A DNA stretch of 64,000 bases, from NCBI GenBank assembly GCA_013239625.1, contig MU056000.1:12411175-12475174 (forward strand), given 5' to 3'. The notes below the pieces were generated by a model, which made no database searches, was not told the DNA's origin, and was given only the letters and a program-made list of their open reading frames with translations. Source of the stretch: Lama guanicoe. Taxonomy: Eukaryota. Shown piece after piece: positions 10,476 to 22,288 of the stretch (its first letter is position 1; each line of letters opens with the position of its first letter). A program made the position numbers and the translations under genes.

Positions 10476-11553
10476 TGTTACCCAAACATACAACTGCGGA
10501 CCCCTTGGAAGCATCTGTTGATGATAACTTGGAAAATACTCTTATGTTTCTGCTGATACTGTGATTTATAAGAAGAAATACATTTCTTATGTATATTTGG
10601 TCTTCATCCAGGGTTCCTGGTTCATAGCTCCCAAAACCCTTGGAATTTCCTGAGTGATAAGAGCAAAGAAAGTATCTTTTGTCATCCTATTTGGCCTCTT
10701 TCCCTCAGTTTGTGAAATCATTTCAGTGCCATAAGGGTAACATGGGTGTCTTATTATTCATAATAAGCCCCTTTCCAGCACAACTGGGTTTACGTTAATA
10801 AGGTAAGTTTTGGAGAGCACATAAGGATGGGGGCTGGTTGCCAGAAAAACTAACCATGAATAATGGGTTGGAACTTTCTCTCCCACCCTGATTTCTGAGG
10901 AGGGCAGAAGGACTAGATGTTGAATCCATCATCAATGGCCAATGATTTGATCAATCATGCCTATAAAGAAGGCTCCATAAAAATCCAAAAAGATGGGGCT
11001 CAGAGAGCTTCTGAGTTGTTGAGACATCATGGAAGCTCTGAGTCCTTTCCCCTTGTTTTGTCCCGTGCATCTCTTCCATCTGGTTGTTCCTGAATTGTAT
11101 CCTTTTATAGTAAACCGACGATCTAGTAAGTAAAATGTGTCTCTGAGTTCTGTAAGCTGCACTACCAAATTAATTGAACGCGAGGAGGGGGTTGTTGGAA
11201 CCTCTGATCTACAGCTGGTCAATCAGAAGCCCCGGTGATGATCTGGACTTGCTTTTGGTGCCTGAAGTGGGGGCAGTCCTGTGGGACTGAGCCCTTAACC
11301 TGTGGGATCTGACAGTGTCTCCTGATGGAGAGTGTCAGAATTGAGTTGAATTGCTGGACAGCCAGCTGGTGTTTGAAGATTGCTTGGTGATATCGTGGTG
11401 ATATGAGAAGACAACCCCAAACCCATCACTGAAGTTGGAAACACAATTTTCAGCTGTCCTTTTTAATCTTGTGTAGTAATAAACATGTTGGGCTGCGTTT
11501 TCTATTAAGCAAGTTTCGGCTTTCTGGAAGCATCTACTGACCTTCCCTATTCA
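10476..11553 (-). pseudogene. Fossil exon 4, split by a MER21-like LTR
   Basis: Acceptor CTCATTTCTCTTCCACCCTTGTAG, donor GTAAGT. Joining 11553-11455 to 10553-10476 gives 177 nt in one frame: NREGQ*MLPESRNLLNRKRSPTCLLLHKIKKDSRNIRVFSKLSSTDASKGSAVVCLGN. Confidence 0.75.
10554..11450 (+). mobile_element. MER21-like ERV solo LTR
   Basis: Starts TGATACTGTGATTTATAAG...ATATTTGGTCTTC...CCCTTGGAATTTCCTGAGTGATA; 4-bp TSD CTGC / CAGC. Confidence 0.85.
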
Positions 11554-12212
11554 CTACAAGGGTGGAAGAGAAATGAGTTTCTGATTTCCAAAGTTCTGAC
11601 TAAGAAGATGACTTTTCCTTAGTAAAAAAAAAATTATTACAAGTGATGGCTAGAAGTCTCTAGAATCCTTTACAAATTGAATAGGCTTCTGTGCTCTGAC
11701 TTGGGAAATTTCCCACTGCAACCTCTTTGTGCCTGGGGTCTGACATGTGATTGGCATACAGAAATATTTTTACTGAACAGAACTAACCTTCACTTATACT
11801 CTTGGTTCCATGGGGGAAATGGATTTTGAATTACAAAGTTTTATAGCACAACTTGTTTAAAAATTAGAGACAACCTGTATTTATATTTGAAGGTAGCTTG
11901 AGGTGAAAAAGGTTTTAAGGGTCTAAATTTTATGGTTTAGAACATGTCTTTATATTCCCCAACAAAATAGTTCTGTTTGAGATGATGTTTTAACCTTCTG
12001 AGAAGCGATGAATCATGTCTTAGAATTTCAGGATGTCAGAATATGATATATTTTCAAACAATGGCAGCCGGTGTTATCCTGTTAGTGGGACCAGGTACCT
12101 AAGGAATCATCTAATTATATGAGCACATTGAGACCCAAGACGATGAAGCTGTTTATCCCCGCAAAAGTCAGGATGGAGGCTAAAATCTGAGTCTGATGAA
12201 TTCTAATCATAC

Positions 12213-12243
12213 TGTATCTCGAGTCTTCAGATTATTTCTTCTT
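12213..12243 (-). pseudogene. Fossil exon 3 (31 nt)
   Basis: Acceptor CTCACATTTTCTCAG, donor GTATGA; KKK*SEDSRY; phase 0 to 1; 79-nt intron from exon 2. Confidence 0.55.
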
Positions 12244-12322
12244 CTGAGAAAATGTGAGATGGGAGTTCAATTCCAAGTCCTTGGGAGAGAGTACAGGCCT
12301 TTTCCCCTCCCCCTTTGAATAC

Positions 12323-13000
12323 CTAGCAAATGGCATTATATTTTCTATCAACCAGTTTTGCAGAATCAAATCAGACTTCTTGAAGTTTTACTTTTTCAGG
12401 AGCCATATCATTTGTGGCTCCTCGGAACTCAGTGATGGAGATTACCTGAAGGGTGTTTATTCGGGGGAGTTTTTGACATGGACACCTGTACAAAAGGGAG
12501 GGAGGACACAGGATTAAGTGAGGGAAGCTGAGCTGGGATGCAGCCTGACTAAGGCGCTGACCCATCCCTCCAGGAGCTCTGAAAACAAAACAAGGTGGCC
12601 CTCAGAGTTGACACATCTTGGGGCAAGGGTCTCGGCCTTTATAACTCTCGTGAATCAGTCACTGGATGCGGGTATTGCAAGAAGGGGATGTCACCCTGAG
12701 TGAAGAATCTCCTTTTAGCCGTGGCAGTCCTTGTGGGGGCCACACATTGGGAGTCTGGGCCCAGACAGAAGCTGGGGGCATGAGCTTTCATTCCTGGGGA
12801 GGCAAGGGAATGTCTGTCCTAAACACTGCCGGGCCCACCATGGGACTCATCCCATCTCTCCAAGAGTCTTGCTTCCTCCCATGCAGGAGATTATTAGATT
12901 AAAATGTTCTACACTGACTTCTGTGATGCATCAAGGAACATGGACTGAACCCAACACAGGAGTGGCTGGCTGCACAGCAGACTCCTTTTTGAAACAAGCC
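12323..13000 (-). pseudogene. Fossil exon 2, split by an LTR (~12405-12842)
   Basis: Acceptor TATTACTATCTTTCCAG, then (G)LVSKRSLLCSQPLLCWVQSMFLDASQKSV*NILI**SPAWEEARLLERW [LTR] APEKVKLQEV*FDSAKLVDRKYNAIC*, donor GTATTC. The LTR junction is not resolved exactly. Confidence 0.6.
12405..12842. mobile_element. LTR33/LTR16-like ERVL LTR
   Basis: GATGGAGATTA...GTTTATT...GGAAGCTGAGCTGGGATGCAG...CAGTCACTGGATGCGGG; boundaries approximate. Confidence 0.7.
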
Positions 13001-13116
13001 CTGGAAAGATAGTAATAATCCTTTTAACGTCAGCCTTTTGGATGCTAAATTCTATTTACTTTGATAGGGTAGAGGTGGTGGTAAGGAAGTCTGAATTTAA
13101 AAGGAATGAGAAGAAA

Positions 13117-14303
13117 GGCAAAACATTCTCTGACGTAAATGGTAGCAATGTTTTCCTAGGTCAGTCTACCCAGGCAATAGAAATAAAAGCAAAAATAAAC
13201 AAATGAGACCTAATTAAACTTTTATGCTAATGCACAGTAAAAAAAAAAACCATAAACAAAATGAAAAGACAACCTACGGAACGGGAGAAAATATTTGCAA
13301 ACGGCAAGGGCTTAACCTCCGGAATATACAAACAGCTCAATCAACTCAATGTCAACAACAACAACAACAAAGCAACAAACAACCCCATCCAAAATGGGCA
13401 GAAGACCTAAAGGGACAGTTCTCCANNNNNNNNNNNNNNNNNNNNNNNNNNNNNNNNNNNNNNNNNNNNNNNNNNNNNNNNNNNNNNNNNNNNNNNNNNN
13501 NNNNNNNNNNNNNNNNNNNNNNNNNNNNNNNNNNNNNNNNNNNNNNNNNNNNNNNNTGAAAAATCCTGGAGAGGCTGTGGAGAAAAGGGACCCTCCTGCA
13601 CTGCTGGTGGGGATGTAATTTGGTGCAGTCACTATGGAGAACAGTATGTAGGTTCCTTAAAAAACTAAACATAGACTTACTCTAAGATCCAGCACTCCCA
13701 CTCCTGGGCATGTATCTGGAGAAAACTATTATTTAAAAAGACAAAATAGCGGCATTATTTACAATAGCCAAGACATGGAAACAACCTGAATGTCCATCGA
13801 CAGATGACTGGATAAAGAAGTTGTGGGGGGGTGTGTGTGTGTGTCATTACTGTGCATTACTCAGTCATAAAAAAGAATGAAATAATGCCATTTGTAGCAA
13901 CATGGATGGACTTAGAGTTTATCATACTAAGTGAAGTAAGTCAGACAGAGAAAGACAAATATCTTATGACATCATTTATCTGTGGAATCTAAAAAAATAA
14001 TGCAAATGAACTTATTTACAAAACAAAAAGACAGAGATAGAAAACAAGCTTAGGTTACCAAAGAGAAATGGGGAGAGGGATAAATTAGGAGTTTGGGATT
14101 AACAGATATAAACTACTACATATAGAATAGATAAACAACAAGGTCCTACTGTATAGCACAGGGAACTATATTCAAAAGCTTGTAATAACCTATAATGAAA
14201 AGAAATACGAAAAAGAATACATATATATAAAATGAATCATTGTGCTGTATACTAGGAACTAACACAACATTGTAAATCAACTATACTTCAGTTTTAAAAA
14301 AAA
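13117..14303 (+). mobile_element. Younger L1: ORF2 end and 3'UTR (contains a gap)
   Basis: ORF2-like KWAEDL; ATGGATGGACTTAGAG; 3'UTR ACATTGTAAATCAACTATACTTCA followed by an A tail. Confidence 0.95.
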
Positions 14304-14659
14304 GGAGGAGGAGGAGGAGATAAAGACCATGTACCTGAAAATGGGCTGGTTGTATTTGACTGTTTCATTATTTTGCATATTTCCACACAATTACGTATTG
14401 TGCACCATCTGTTTTAAAGTATTGCATGATGTAAGCATAAATTCCTGCTCCTGCCTTTGAGGGAGTCTTTGGAGCCCTGAAACTCAGGGCAAGCAAGGAA
14501 TAGTGGCTAGAGACAGCCCGGCCTCTAGAGCCAGACTGCCTGGTTCAGTGTCTCCAGTTCCACCACACACGGGTCATGTGACCATGGGCCTCAGGTTCCC
14601 GGGTGCTGCCTTAGAAGATGGTTGGAGAGTTTCACTCCAGGGCACTGCTCAAAATACAC

Positions 14660-15310
14660 AACCTCACTGTTTGACCCAGCAATTCCACCCCTGGATATAT
14701 TTCCAAAAAAACCCCCAAAACCCTAATTTGAAAAGACACATGCACTCCAATGTGCTCGGTAGCNNNNNNNNNNNNNNNNNNNNNNNNNNNNNNNNNNNNN
14801 NNNNNNNNNNNNNNNNNNNNNNNNNNNNNNNNNNNNNNNNNNNNNNNNNNNNNNNNNNNNNNNNNNNNNNNNNNNNNNNNNNNNNNNNNNNNNNNNNNNN
14901 NNNNNNNNNNNNNNNNNNNNNNNNNNNNNNNNNNNNNNNNNNNNNNNNNNNNNNNNNNNNNNNNNNNNNNNNNNNNNNNNNNNNNNNNNNNNNNNNNNNN
15001 NNNNNATCTAAAAAAATACACCAAACTAGTGAATGTAACAAAAAAAAGTAGCAAACTCATAGACATAGAGAACAAACTAGTGATTACCACTGGGGAGAGG
15101 AAAGGGGGAGGTATGGGGTGGTGGAGTGAGGTACAAACTGTTGGGTATAAGATAAGTTCAAGGATATATTGTACAACATGGGAAATAGAGCCATCATTTT
15201 ATAATAACTATAAATGGAGTATAACCATTAAAAATTGTGAATCACTTTATCTTACACCTATAATTTATATAATATTATACATCAACTATACTTCAATACA
15301 AAAAAATAAA
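14660..15310 (+). mobile_element. L1 3' fragment (contains a gap)
   Basis: GACCCAGCAATTCCAC; IDIENKLVIT; ATCAACTATACTTCAATA followed by an A tail. Confidence 0.9.
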
Positions 15311-15347
15311 TTATAGGTTCAAAATGAACAAGCAAAAAATACACAAC

Positions 15348-15513
15348 CTCTGGTTGATGTTTCTCCCCCAAATGCATACCCTTCTCTATGGACCTTCCTG
15401 TTGACCTCCATCCAAAACCTTTCAATTGTGCTTCTGGAACCTCCTGGTTTTGCTGTTGCAAAGAATTTCTTTATATCTTCAGCCCATTGTAGACTAATCT
15501 GTTGTCCTCCCAT
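15348..15513 (-). pseudogene. Fossil exon 1: MGGQQISLQWAEDIKKFFATAKPGGSRSTIERFWMEVNRKVHREGYAFGGETSTR(G)
   Basis: ATG at 15513, 55 open codons plus 1 nt, weak donor G|GTTGTG. Phase 1 matches exon 2. Confidence 0.65.
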
Positions 15514-15559
15514 AGGGACAATTTTACTTGAATAAGTGGGTTCTGCTCTCTCTCCTATA

Positions 15560-18500
15560 GTCTATAGTATCTTTTATCTGAAAGAGGGTGTCAACACTGT
15601 CCTCAATCCCCTTTCCTGTGCCTGGCTATTACTCCTTTTCCCTCGGGTAGAAATCCTCTTTGTTTTGGGTCATGCCATCCACATAATCCACCCTGTACCC
15701 CTGTGGATCACTGTCATCTACTGGTCTTCTGATCTTTCTCCCACATTATAGAACACCTTGGTACTTGGTTCATGGTCTTCTCTGGGTCACCATCTACGTA
15801 TAGGGTCGATTTGACATCCATGTGGCTAACCCCGGACATGGTGACCTCTAAGGCTTCTTGGTCTCAGAATCAGTGCCTTTACCCCCAACTACATTTCAGC
15901 ATCCCTCTTTCACTAGCACACCCTGTACCTTTTTACTGCCAAACAGTGTCACCTCTGAAAACTCCAACAGCAATAGCCTAAATGTTTTGGTTTGAATCTC
16001 CCAAGAAGTAAACCCTGAAGACAGATTCCAGTAAAAGTAGTTTATTGGGAGGTAATCCCAGCAGGGGAGAGGGGTGACTGAGACAAGGAGGAAAAGGAAG
16101 CAGAACATCCCTTAGAGTTATCCTACCTGGAGGAAGGGAAAAGGAGCTGGGCAGTGATTCACCAATTCCCATCAGCCCTTGGCTGAGGCCTGCTTCTAGT
16201 GGACATTAACTGCTTGATGTTCTGGCCCGAAATGTACAGAACCAAAAGCAAGTAATAGTCTAGCCAGAGAAGGGGGCATAGATATAAGGATGAGAGCACC
16301 ACTTCATCTACCAGTTCAGCTCTCTTGATGCTGCCTTTCCCCTAAACATGGCTCTTGTCCCTATTGAGGTCCCTAATTCCTTGACTCATTCATTCTTGGC
16401 TGAATGATCAGCTTCCTGCTACCACAATTCCTTCCATATGGATCCTGGGTCCCAAGGACAATTTGAGCTGCTTTCTCTCCAGCCTCTCAACTTCATTGTC
16501 TCCTTGCTGTTGTTTTCTTCTTCTTTTTTCTTTTTCTTTTGCAACCACAATTTGGTATTTCCCATCTAAGTTCAGCCTATAATAGCAAGAAAGAATTGCC
16601 GACCCAGGCACACTGGTGCCACCACAAATTAATGGAAGTCTGTCTCCCCAGTTCATTATATTTACTTGTTCTAGGTCAGCCCTGTCTTTAATTTAAACAC
16701 TCAGCGGCTCGGCTAAATTTTCCCTCTTTCCTCAAGGCATCTTCTCAGCCTTTATCCTTCTGGTTCTCCACTGCTGACTCAGCCAGCTTTCTTGGTCAAA
16801 TGGTCCCTATTTACTACCTCCTTTTTCCTCTTCTTTCGCTCATTTCTCACTCTGCCTCCATGTAATTTCTGGCTCCATGACCAAATTCTGTGTCAACTCA
16901 GTGGACATTTCTACTCCTGTCTTTCTTCCTAGCAACATTCTTAGATATCTTCTAGAATGTTCTCATCTCTTATTTCTCATGCCACAAAATTATCTTCATT
17001 TTCTTCTAATCTTTCTGGCCAGTTCTGCTTTCTCTGCACCGTCTCACCATCTTCTATGCATCCACTGAATGTCTGAGCTCCTCAGAATTCTGTCTGGGGC
17101 CCTCGCCTTTCTTCTATAATCTTTCAATAAACAAGGTGACTCTAGTGATGCCAACACTTTATATCTACAGATTAGTCTTCTCCTTTGGGATCCAGACCCC
17201 TTTGTCTGGCAGTCTATCTTGAATGTCTCAAAGACACATTAAAATCAGTACATCTAGAAGTAAACTCATGATTGTTCCCCCAAATCCAGCCCATCTGCAG
17301 TGTACCTCATTTTGGCACCGACTGGAAATCCAAAACCTCAACACTCTGTCACCTTGTCTTATGGAATTTCACTTCATACATATCTCTTGACATCAACTCT
17401 CAGTTTTCACCACGCCCACCTGTTTTGAGCTATAGTCATTTCTTCCCAGGGTTACAGAAATGGGTCCATTTTATCCTCTCCTGACTCTTCTGTTCTCTGG
17501 GCTACAGCCAACATCAACTTCATGAAACGCAAATGTGATCTTGTTCCCTCTGCCTCCAGCCCCTCTGAAAATTCCGCAATGGCTTCCCAGGACTTTGCGG
17601 ACTGCCTTCCTGATGTGTCCTACAAGGTCTTGCCTGTTCTGTCTCCAGCTTGACCTTTCCTCATGTCCTACCTCACTTTTTCTGCTCTAGCCACATTGCC
17701 TGTCTTTTCACTGTGGTTCTTCCAATACCCAACACTTTCACTGGACTTTTGTGGATGCTGAAATTTCCTTCTATTTTTTCTCTAGTTTACTCCAACTTGT
17801 GGATTGGAGTCATCTCTCTTCCTCAAGTGGCACGTCCTACTTGCGTTATCCTAGCAAAGATGGCTTTGTTGATACCTTAGTAGGTCAATTTCTTTTGCTT
17901 TGAACTCTTACTGCACCATGCAAATCCTCACAGCATGTGCCACACTTGCGATTTTACATTTACTTGTTGGAATTTTGGATTAATGCCTGCCACTCCATCA
18001 GACTGTAAGCTCTAAGAGAACCAAGATTATGCTTGTGGTGCCAGGGTACTTAGCAGCTGCTCAGAAAATCTTTATTGAAAAAATGGCAACTAATGAATGA
18101 CTGATTTCCTATTTTCTGGAGAAACTCGAGTTTCTAGATATGAGTGCCCTCATTTTCCAACCTACGCCTGAGTGAGCTTGGAGTTCCAGAAAGGTCTCTG
18201 TTCTAGAAGAACCCTCTCAACTGTGCGCTTCATCACGTGCCTTCCCTGATCTGGTCCCAGTGATTCCATCGTTCTCGTATTTCAGTCTTCCTTCTTGCCT
18301 ATTTCTTGTCTCTTGCATCCATTTATATTTTCAAGCTTCAGCAGGAAAAAATATCCTCCTCCATCTTGCATTTTGTCTATTTTCCTTTACAAAGTCTTGC
18401 ATTTTGTTTATTTTCCTTCACAAAGTTCATACAACAACCCACAGTAGCCATCTCTACTTCTTATTTTCACAAGCTTTCATCTTTTCTAATGACGTTGAAA

Positions 18501-19260
18501 TCAAATACAGATCTTTTTCTTGAACTCCAGACCCAGAATACCAGCTGGTCATTCGGTATATTTTTCTGCATGCCTCAAGAGTTCTTCTAACTCAACTTAT
18601 TTCAATCCTTTCAGAACTACTTTTCCTCTAATCTTTCAGAACTGGTAAAAAGTACTATCCTTTACTCAGTTACCAAGGTTAGGGTTCTGATGTTTATCCT
18701 AATATCCTTCATTTTGCTCTCTATCTGAATTAGGCAATATGGCTTGTCTACTGGATCTCTTACATGTTTTTGGAATCTCTGCATTAATCAGTATTGATAC
18801 TCATCTGTAGATCGTGGACTATGATGAGAGCTTCCAAAAGGTCTCGCGGGTCAGCCCAGCCCGTCAGGCATTTACACTGCTATGGAGATCTTTCTGAGGC
18901 ACAAGTCTGATCCTGTGTAACTGCCTCCCCCCAGGCTGCTCACACTCTCAAATGTTTTGGCGTAGCATGCAGGTCCCCACAGGATTGTATCTTCGGCTTC
19001 ACCTCCAGCTGTGCCTCCCATTATCCCCTCTGCTCTAGATGTTCCCCAGTCCTTGCTAATCTTGTAATACTAGGGAGTTGCACTGTTTTACTTTTCGATG
19101 CCTTTTTACACACTTCTACCTACAACACCCTCCCCAGACCTTTGGAAGAATGGAGAATCCCTACTTATGCCTCAAAGTCCAGGTCAACGACTGCTTGTTT
19201 TGAGCACCTTTCCCTGAATCTTCCCAAACAGAGTTGAGCAGTCTCTCTACTGTACTTCCA
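15560..19260 (-). mobile_element. Fragmented L2 LINE region with a nested ERVL LTR (~15975-16310)
   Basis: Long pyrimidine-rich L2-type text ending AGACTGTAAGCTC...TGAATGA; boundaries approximate. Confidence 0.65.
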
Positions 19261-19943
19261 ATGTACCATATTACAGTCCGTGAGAAATCATGTCAGCAGA
19301 GTTGCTGCATAAGGTTGTTCAGGTGGCAGACTGCACAACTTTAGGAAACTTGTTCACAAAAGGGTGCACAATGAGCACAGTGTGCTACATCATGGCATTA
19401 TTTTTGAGCTGTTTTCCTATTCTTTGTTCTTAAGAATCACAGGAATGGAGAAGGAGGCTAAAAAGAAGATGAAAACTGTAATGTGTGAAATTTACACATG
19501 CAAGATTGCTGCGTTAATTCAGAAGGAATGAAGGAAAAGACACAGGCACAGGTTGGGTCGGGATGCTAATGTATCTAAAGCAGAAAGTGAAGACAGAAGT
19601 TTTGTGGTGCTTTGATGTACCACACTCCAGTGGCAAATTATGCAGGGGTATGACAGAAGGAACTGGCTTAGGGTGGTGATGTTCTTGCAAGACACCAGAG
19701 CAGGAAGGACAGAAACAGACTGTTTAGAAATGACCAAAACACAATTGGCTACTGAAAGAGGAGTTGATGACTGGTGTTGGCAGTGGGGATCCCTCAAATA
19801 AATCTCCTCCCGGGGCTGCTTAAGTACACAGTCATGGACAGACAGGGGCAATCAGTGCTGGAGCTTAGGTGGTCCATGATGGGTCCTCCCACACCCATCC
19901 CAGCCAGAGGAGAAAAAGAGAAGGAAGGTTTATGGACTTTGAC

Positions 19944-20160
19944 AATAATAGTAATAATAATAATAATAATAATAGTAATAGTAAACACTCACATAGTGTT
20001 CATTATGTGCCCTGCACTTTTCTAAGTACTTTCTATATATTAACTCATTGTATCTTTGTTCGTAGGTATCAGAATTCCCATTTTACAGATGAGGAAACTG
20101 ATGCTGAGAGATGTTAAGTAACCTGCCCAACGTCACACAGCTAGTGAGGAGTGGAGCCTC
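19944..20160 (-). mobile_element. MIR with (AAT)n tail
   Basis: CCCATTTTACAGATGAGGAAACTGA...GTTAAGTAACCTGCCCAA. Confidence 0.9.
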
Positions 20161-20915
20161 TTTCATCTCCCTCTTGATGGCAATTTTAACCTGAAGAGAG
20201 GGTGAGGATTTTCAGTGAGGCGTCTGTGCCACCTCATGCTTTGCACCCCTGCAATCTCTTTGCTTTTTGTCTTATTTCTCTTTTGTCTTTCATCCTTAGG
20301 AACCCCTATTTGTTAGTAGAGACAATTACGGGCTTTCATGCACATTCTTTTTTCTCTTTATAGTCCCTGTGGGTGAGTGGCAGTGGGCAGAGAGGTTGAA
20401 ATTCATGTTCCAGGGAAACATTCCACTCATGTCCCCAGGGACACACTACCTGTTCCCTTGGGCTGGCTTTCCTTTAAATGGGGAAGGGGCGGATTAGGGA
20501 GAATTGCTCCCAACATTTTACCCACTCATCTTTCTGTTTTGGTACTGTTCCCGGGGAATGGAGGCTACCAGCTACCTTCCCACCTTTGTAAACACACAGG
20601 TTTTTCTGGGTAAAACTTTTCAAGGATTTAACATGGGTTTCCCCTCCTCGTCTGCTTAAGAACAGTTGATACAATTTCTTTTTCTCTGGCTTGTTTTTCC
20701 TCATTGTCTTCATTGGCTCTTGTGAATTGAGCAATTTTGTAATTTGGTTACACTTTGTCAAATAATTGTATGTCCTTCAGAAACATTTATGATTTCATTT
20801 TCTTTGTTATTTAGCTATATTTCTGTAGCCTGTGGAGAGACTGGAGATGCAGCTTTATAATATAGTCTGTAAGTCTGAAGTTTTCTGGCAAAAGGTTAAG
20901 AAAAAACTCACACCT

Positions 20916-21040
20916 GGGGAGGAGGGTGTAGCTCAGAGGTAGAGTGTGTGTCTACCATGCATGAGGTTCTGGGTTCAATCCCCAGTATCTCCATTAAAAA
21001 AATACATAAGTAAACCTATCTACCTACCTCCCCCCACCCC
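20916..21040 (+). mobile_element. Camelid vic-1-type tRNA SINE
   Basis: GGGTGTAGCTCAGAGGTAGAG...GGGTTCAATCCCCAGTA; TSD TCACACCTGG. Confidence 0.9.
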
Positions 21041-21114
21041 AATTCACACCTGGCTTGCATTTGATAAGGATTGTACTTGTTGCATTATTTTCTTTGGATC
21101 TAATGGAATTTTAA

Positions 21115-21147
<33 letters not shown>

Positions 21148-21192
21148 TATATACACATACATATATATGTACGTATATATATAAAATATATA
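21115..21192. repeat. (TA)n/(CA)n compound microsatellite
   Basis: Directly visible. Confidence 0.9.
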
Positions 21193-21879
21193 TGGGTATT
21201 TTTGTGTTGGGCATATTAATAAGAGATTTGATTTTTAATTCTAGCTCTAAAGGAGAAAATGGGCATTGTGTTTAATATGTACTGTATCAACTACAGTTAA
21301 CAGATTCCAAGTTATTCCTTGAGTTGGATCTTAAAAAATATTTAGTTTAAAATCATCTCTTTCCACCTCTGCCCCCCAGTGTTTGCTAATTATGCTGTTG
21401 GTTGGCCTCAGAGTCTGCAAATGCTGGTCTATGCTATTTCTCTTACAGGATTTGTCTTCTTGAAGGCATTCAGGGTTCTTAGGTTTCCTCTTGCCTAAAA
21501 GTAGAACAACGTGTGCTTATAACCATTTAGTCCACACTTATATGCTAAGGACAAAAAGTCCATGGATTTCTGCCCCTAATTCTCTCTAAATTAGGTTTGG
21601 TTTGGTTTTTAAATGGCGTCAAAATGATGCATGGTGGGAAAGCCTCATTTTCAAAATTGGGACTTGGTACATTTCCAGTGGTGGTAGTAGAACTCTCTTT
21701 TGTAAAGAATTGAGGAGAAATAGTTCTCTAGGATTAAGTCACGTCCTCTTCGGAAGTGGGACCACGGATTAGGTGTGGCTGGGTTTCAAATAGAGGATAT
21801 TCCAGTTACTTGATTCTATAAATCTCTTGTACTTGACAGGCCACATCTCCAAATTTGCAGTTAGGAAAATTTGATCCCT

Positions 21880-22288
21880 GGATTCATTCTCTAGGACGGC
21901 CATAACACAATACCATGGACTGGGGGGCTCAAACCACAGAACTTGATTTTCTCACAGATCTGGAGGCTAGAAGTCCAAGGCCAAGGCGCTGGCAGGGCTG
22001 GTTTCTTCTGAGGCTTCTCTCCCTGGCTTGCAGATGGCCAGCTCTGGGCTGTGTCTTCGCGTGGTCTTTGCTCTGTGTTCACGCAAGTTTGGATCTGAAT
22101 TTCCTCTTCTTATGAGGACAGAGGTAAGATTGGATTAGGGTCCACCCATACGACCTTGTGTTACCTTCATTACCTCTTTAATGGCCCTATCTCCCCAAAC
22201 CATCTTATCCTCAAGTACTGGCAGTTAGGACTTCAATGTATGAATTTGGGGGTTGGAGGGGGCAGGAACACAATTCAGCCCGTGACAG
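21880..22288 (-). mobile_element. MLT1A/B-like MaLR LTR
   Basis: GCCATAACACAATACCA...TGGAGGCTAGAAGTCCAAG...CACAATTCAGCCCGTGACA. Confidence 0.9.

Larger units (their letters stand above)
198..15513 (-). pseudogene. Decayed ~17-exon unprocessed (probably unitary) pseudogene; ~1000-aa unidentified protein with two CCHC zinc knuckles
   Basis: Manual reconstruction: an ordered chain of minus-strand AG...GT-bounded segments with compatible phases and protein-like translation. Many nonsense codons and frameshifts; four exons split by TEs. Confidence 0.8.

Noticed and set aside
13224-15316. Long ORFs containing X runs (also 33628-34020 and 49675-50047)
   Set aside because: Artefacts of N gaps, mostly within repeats.
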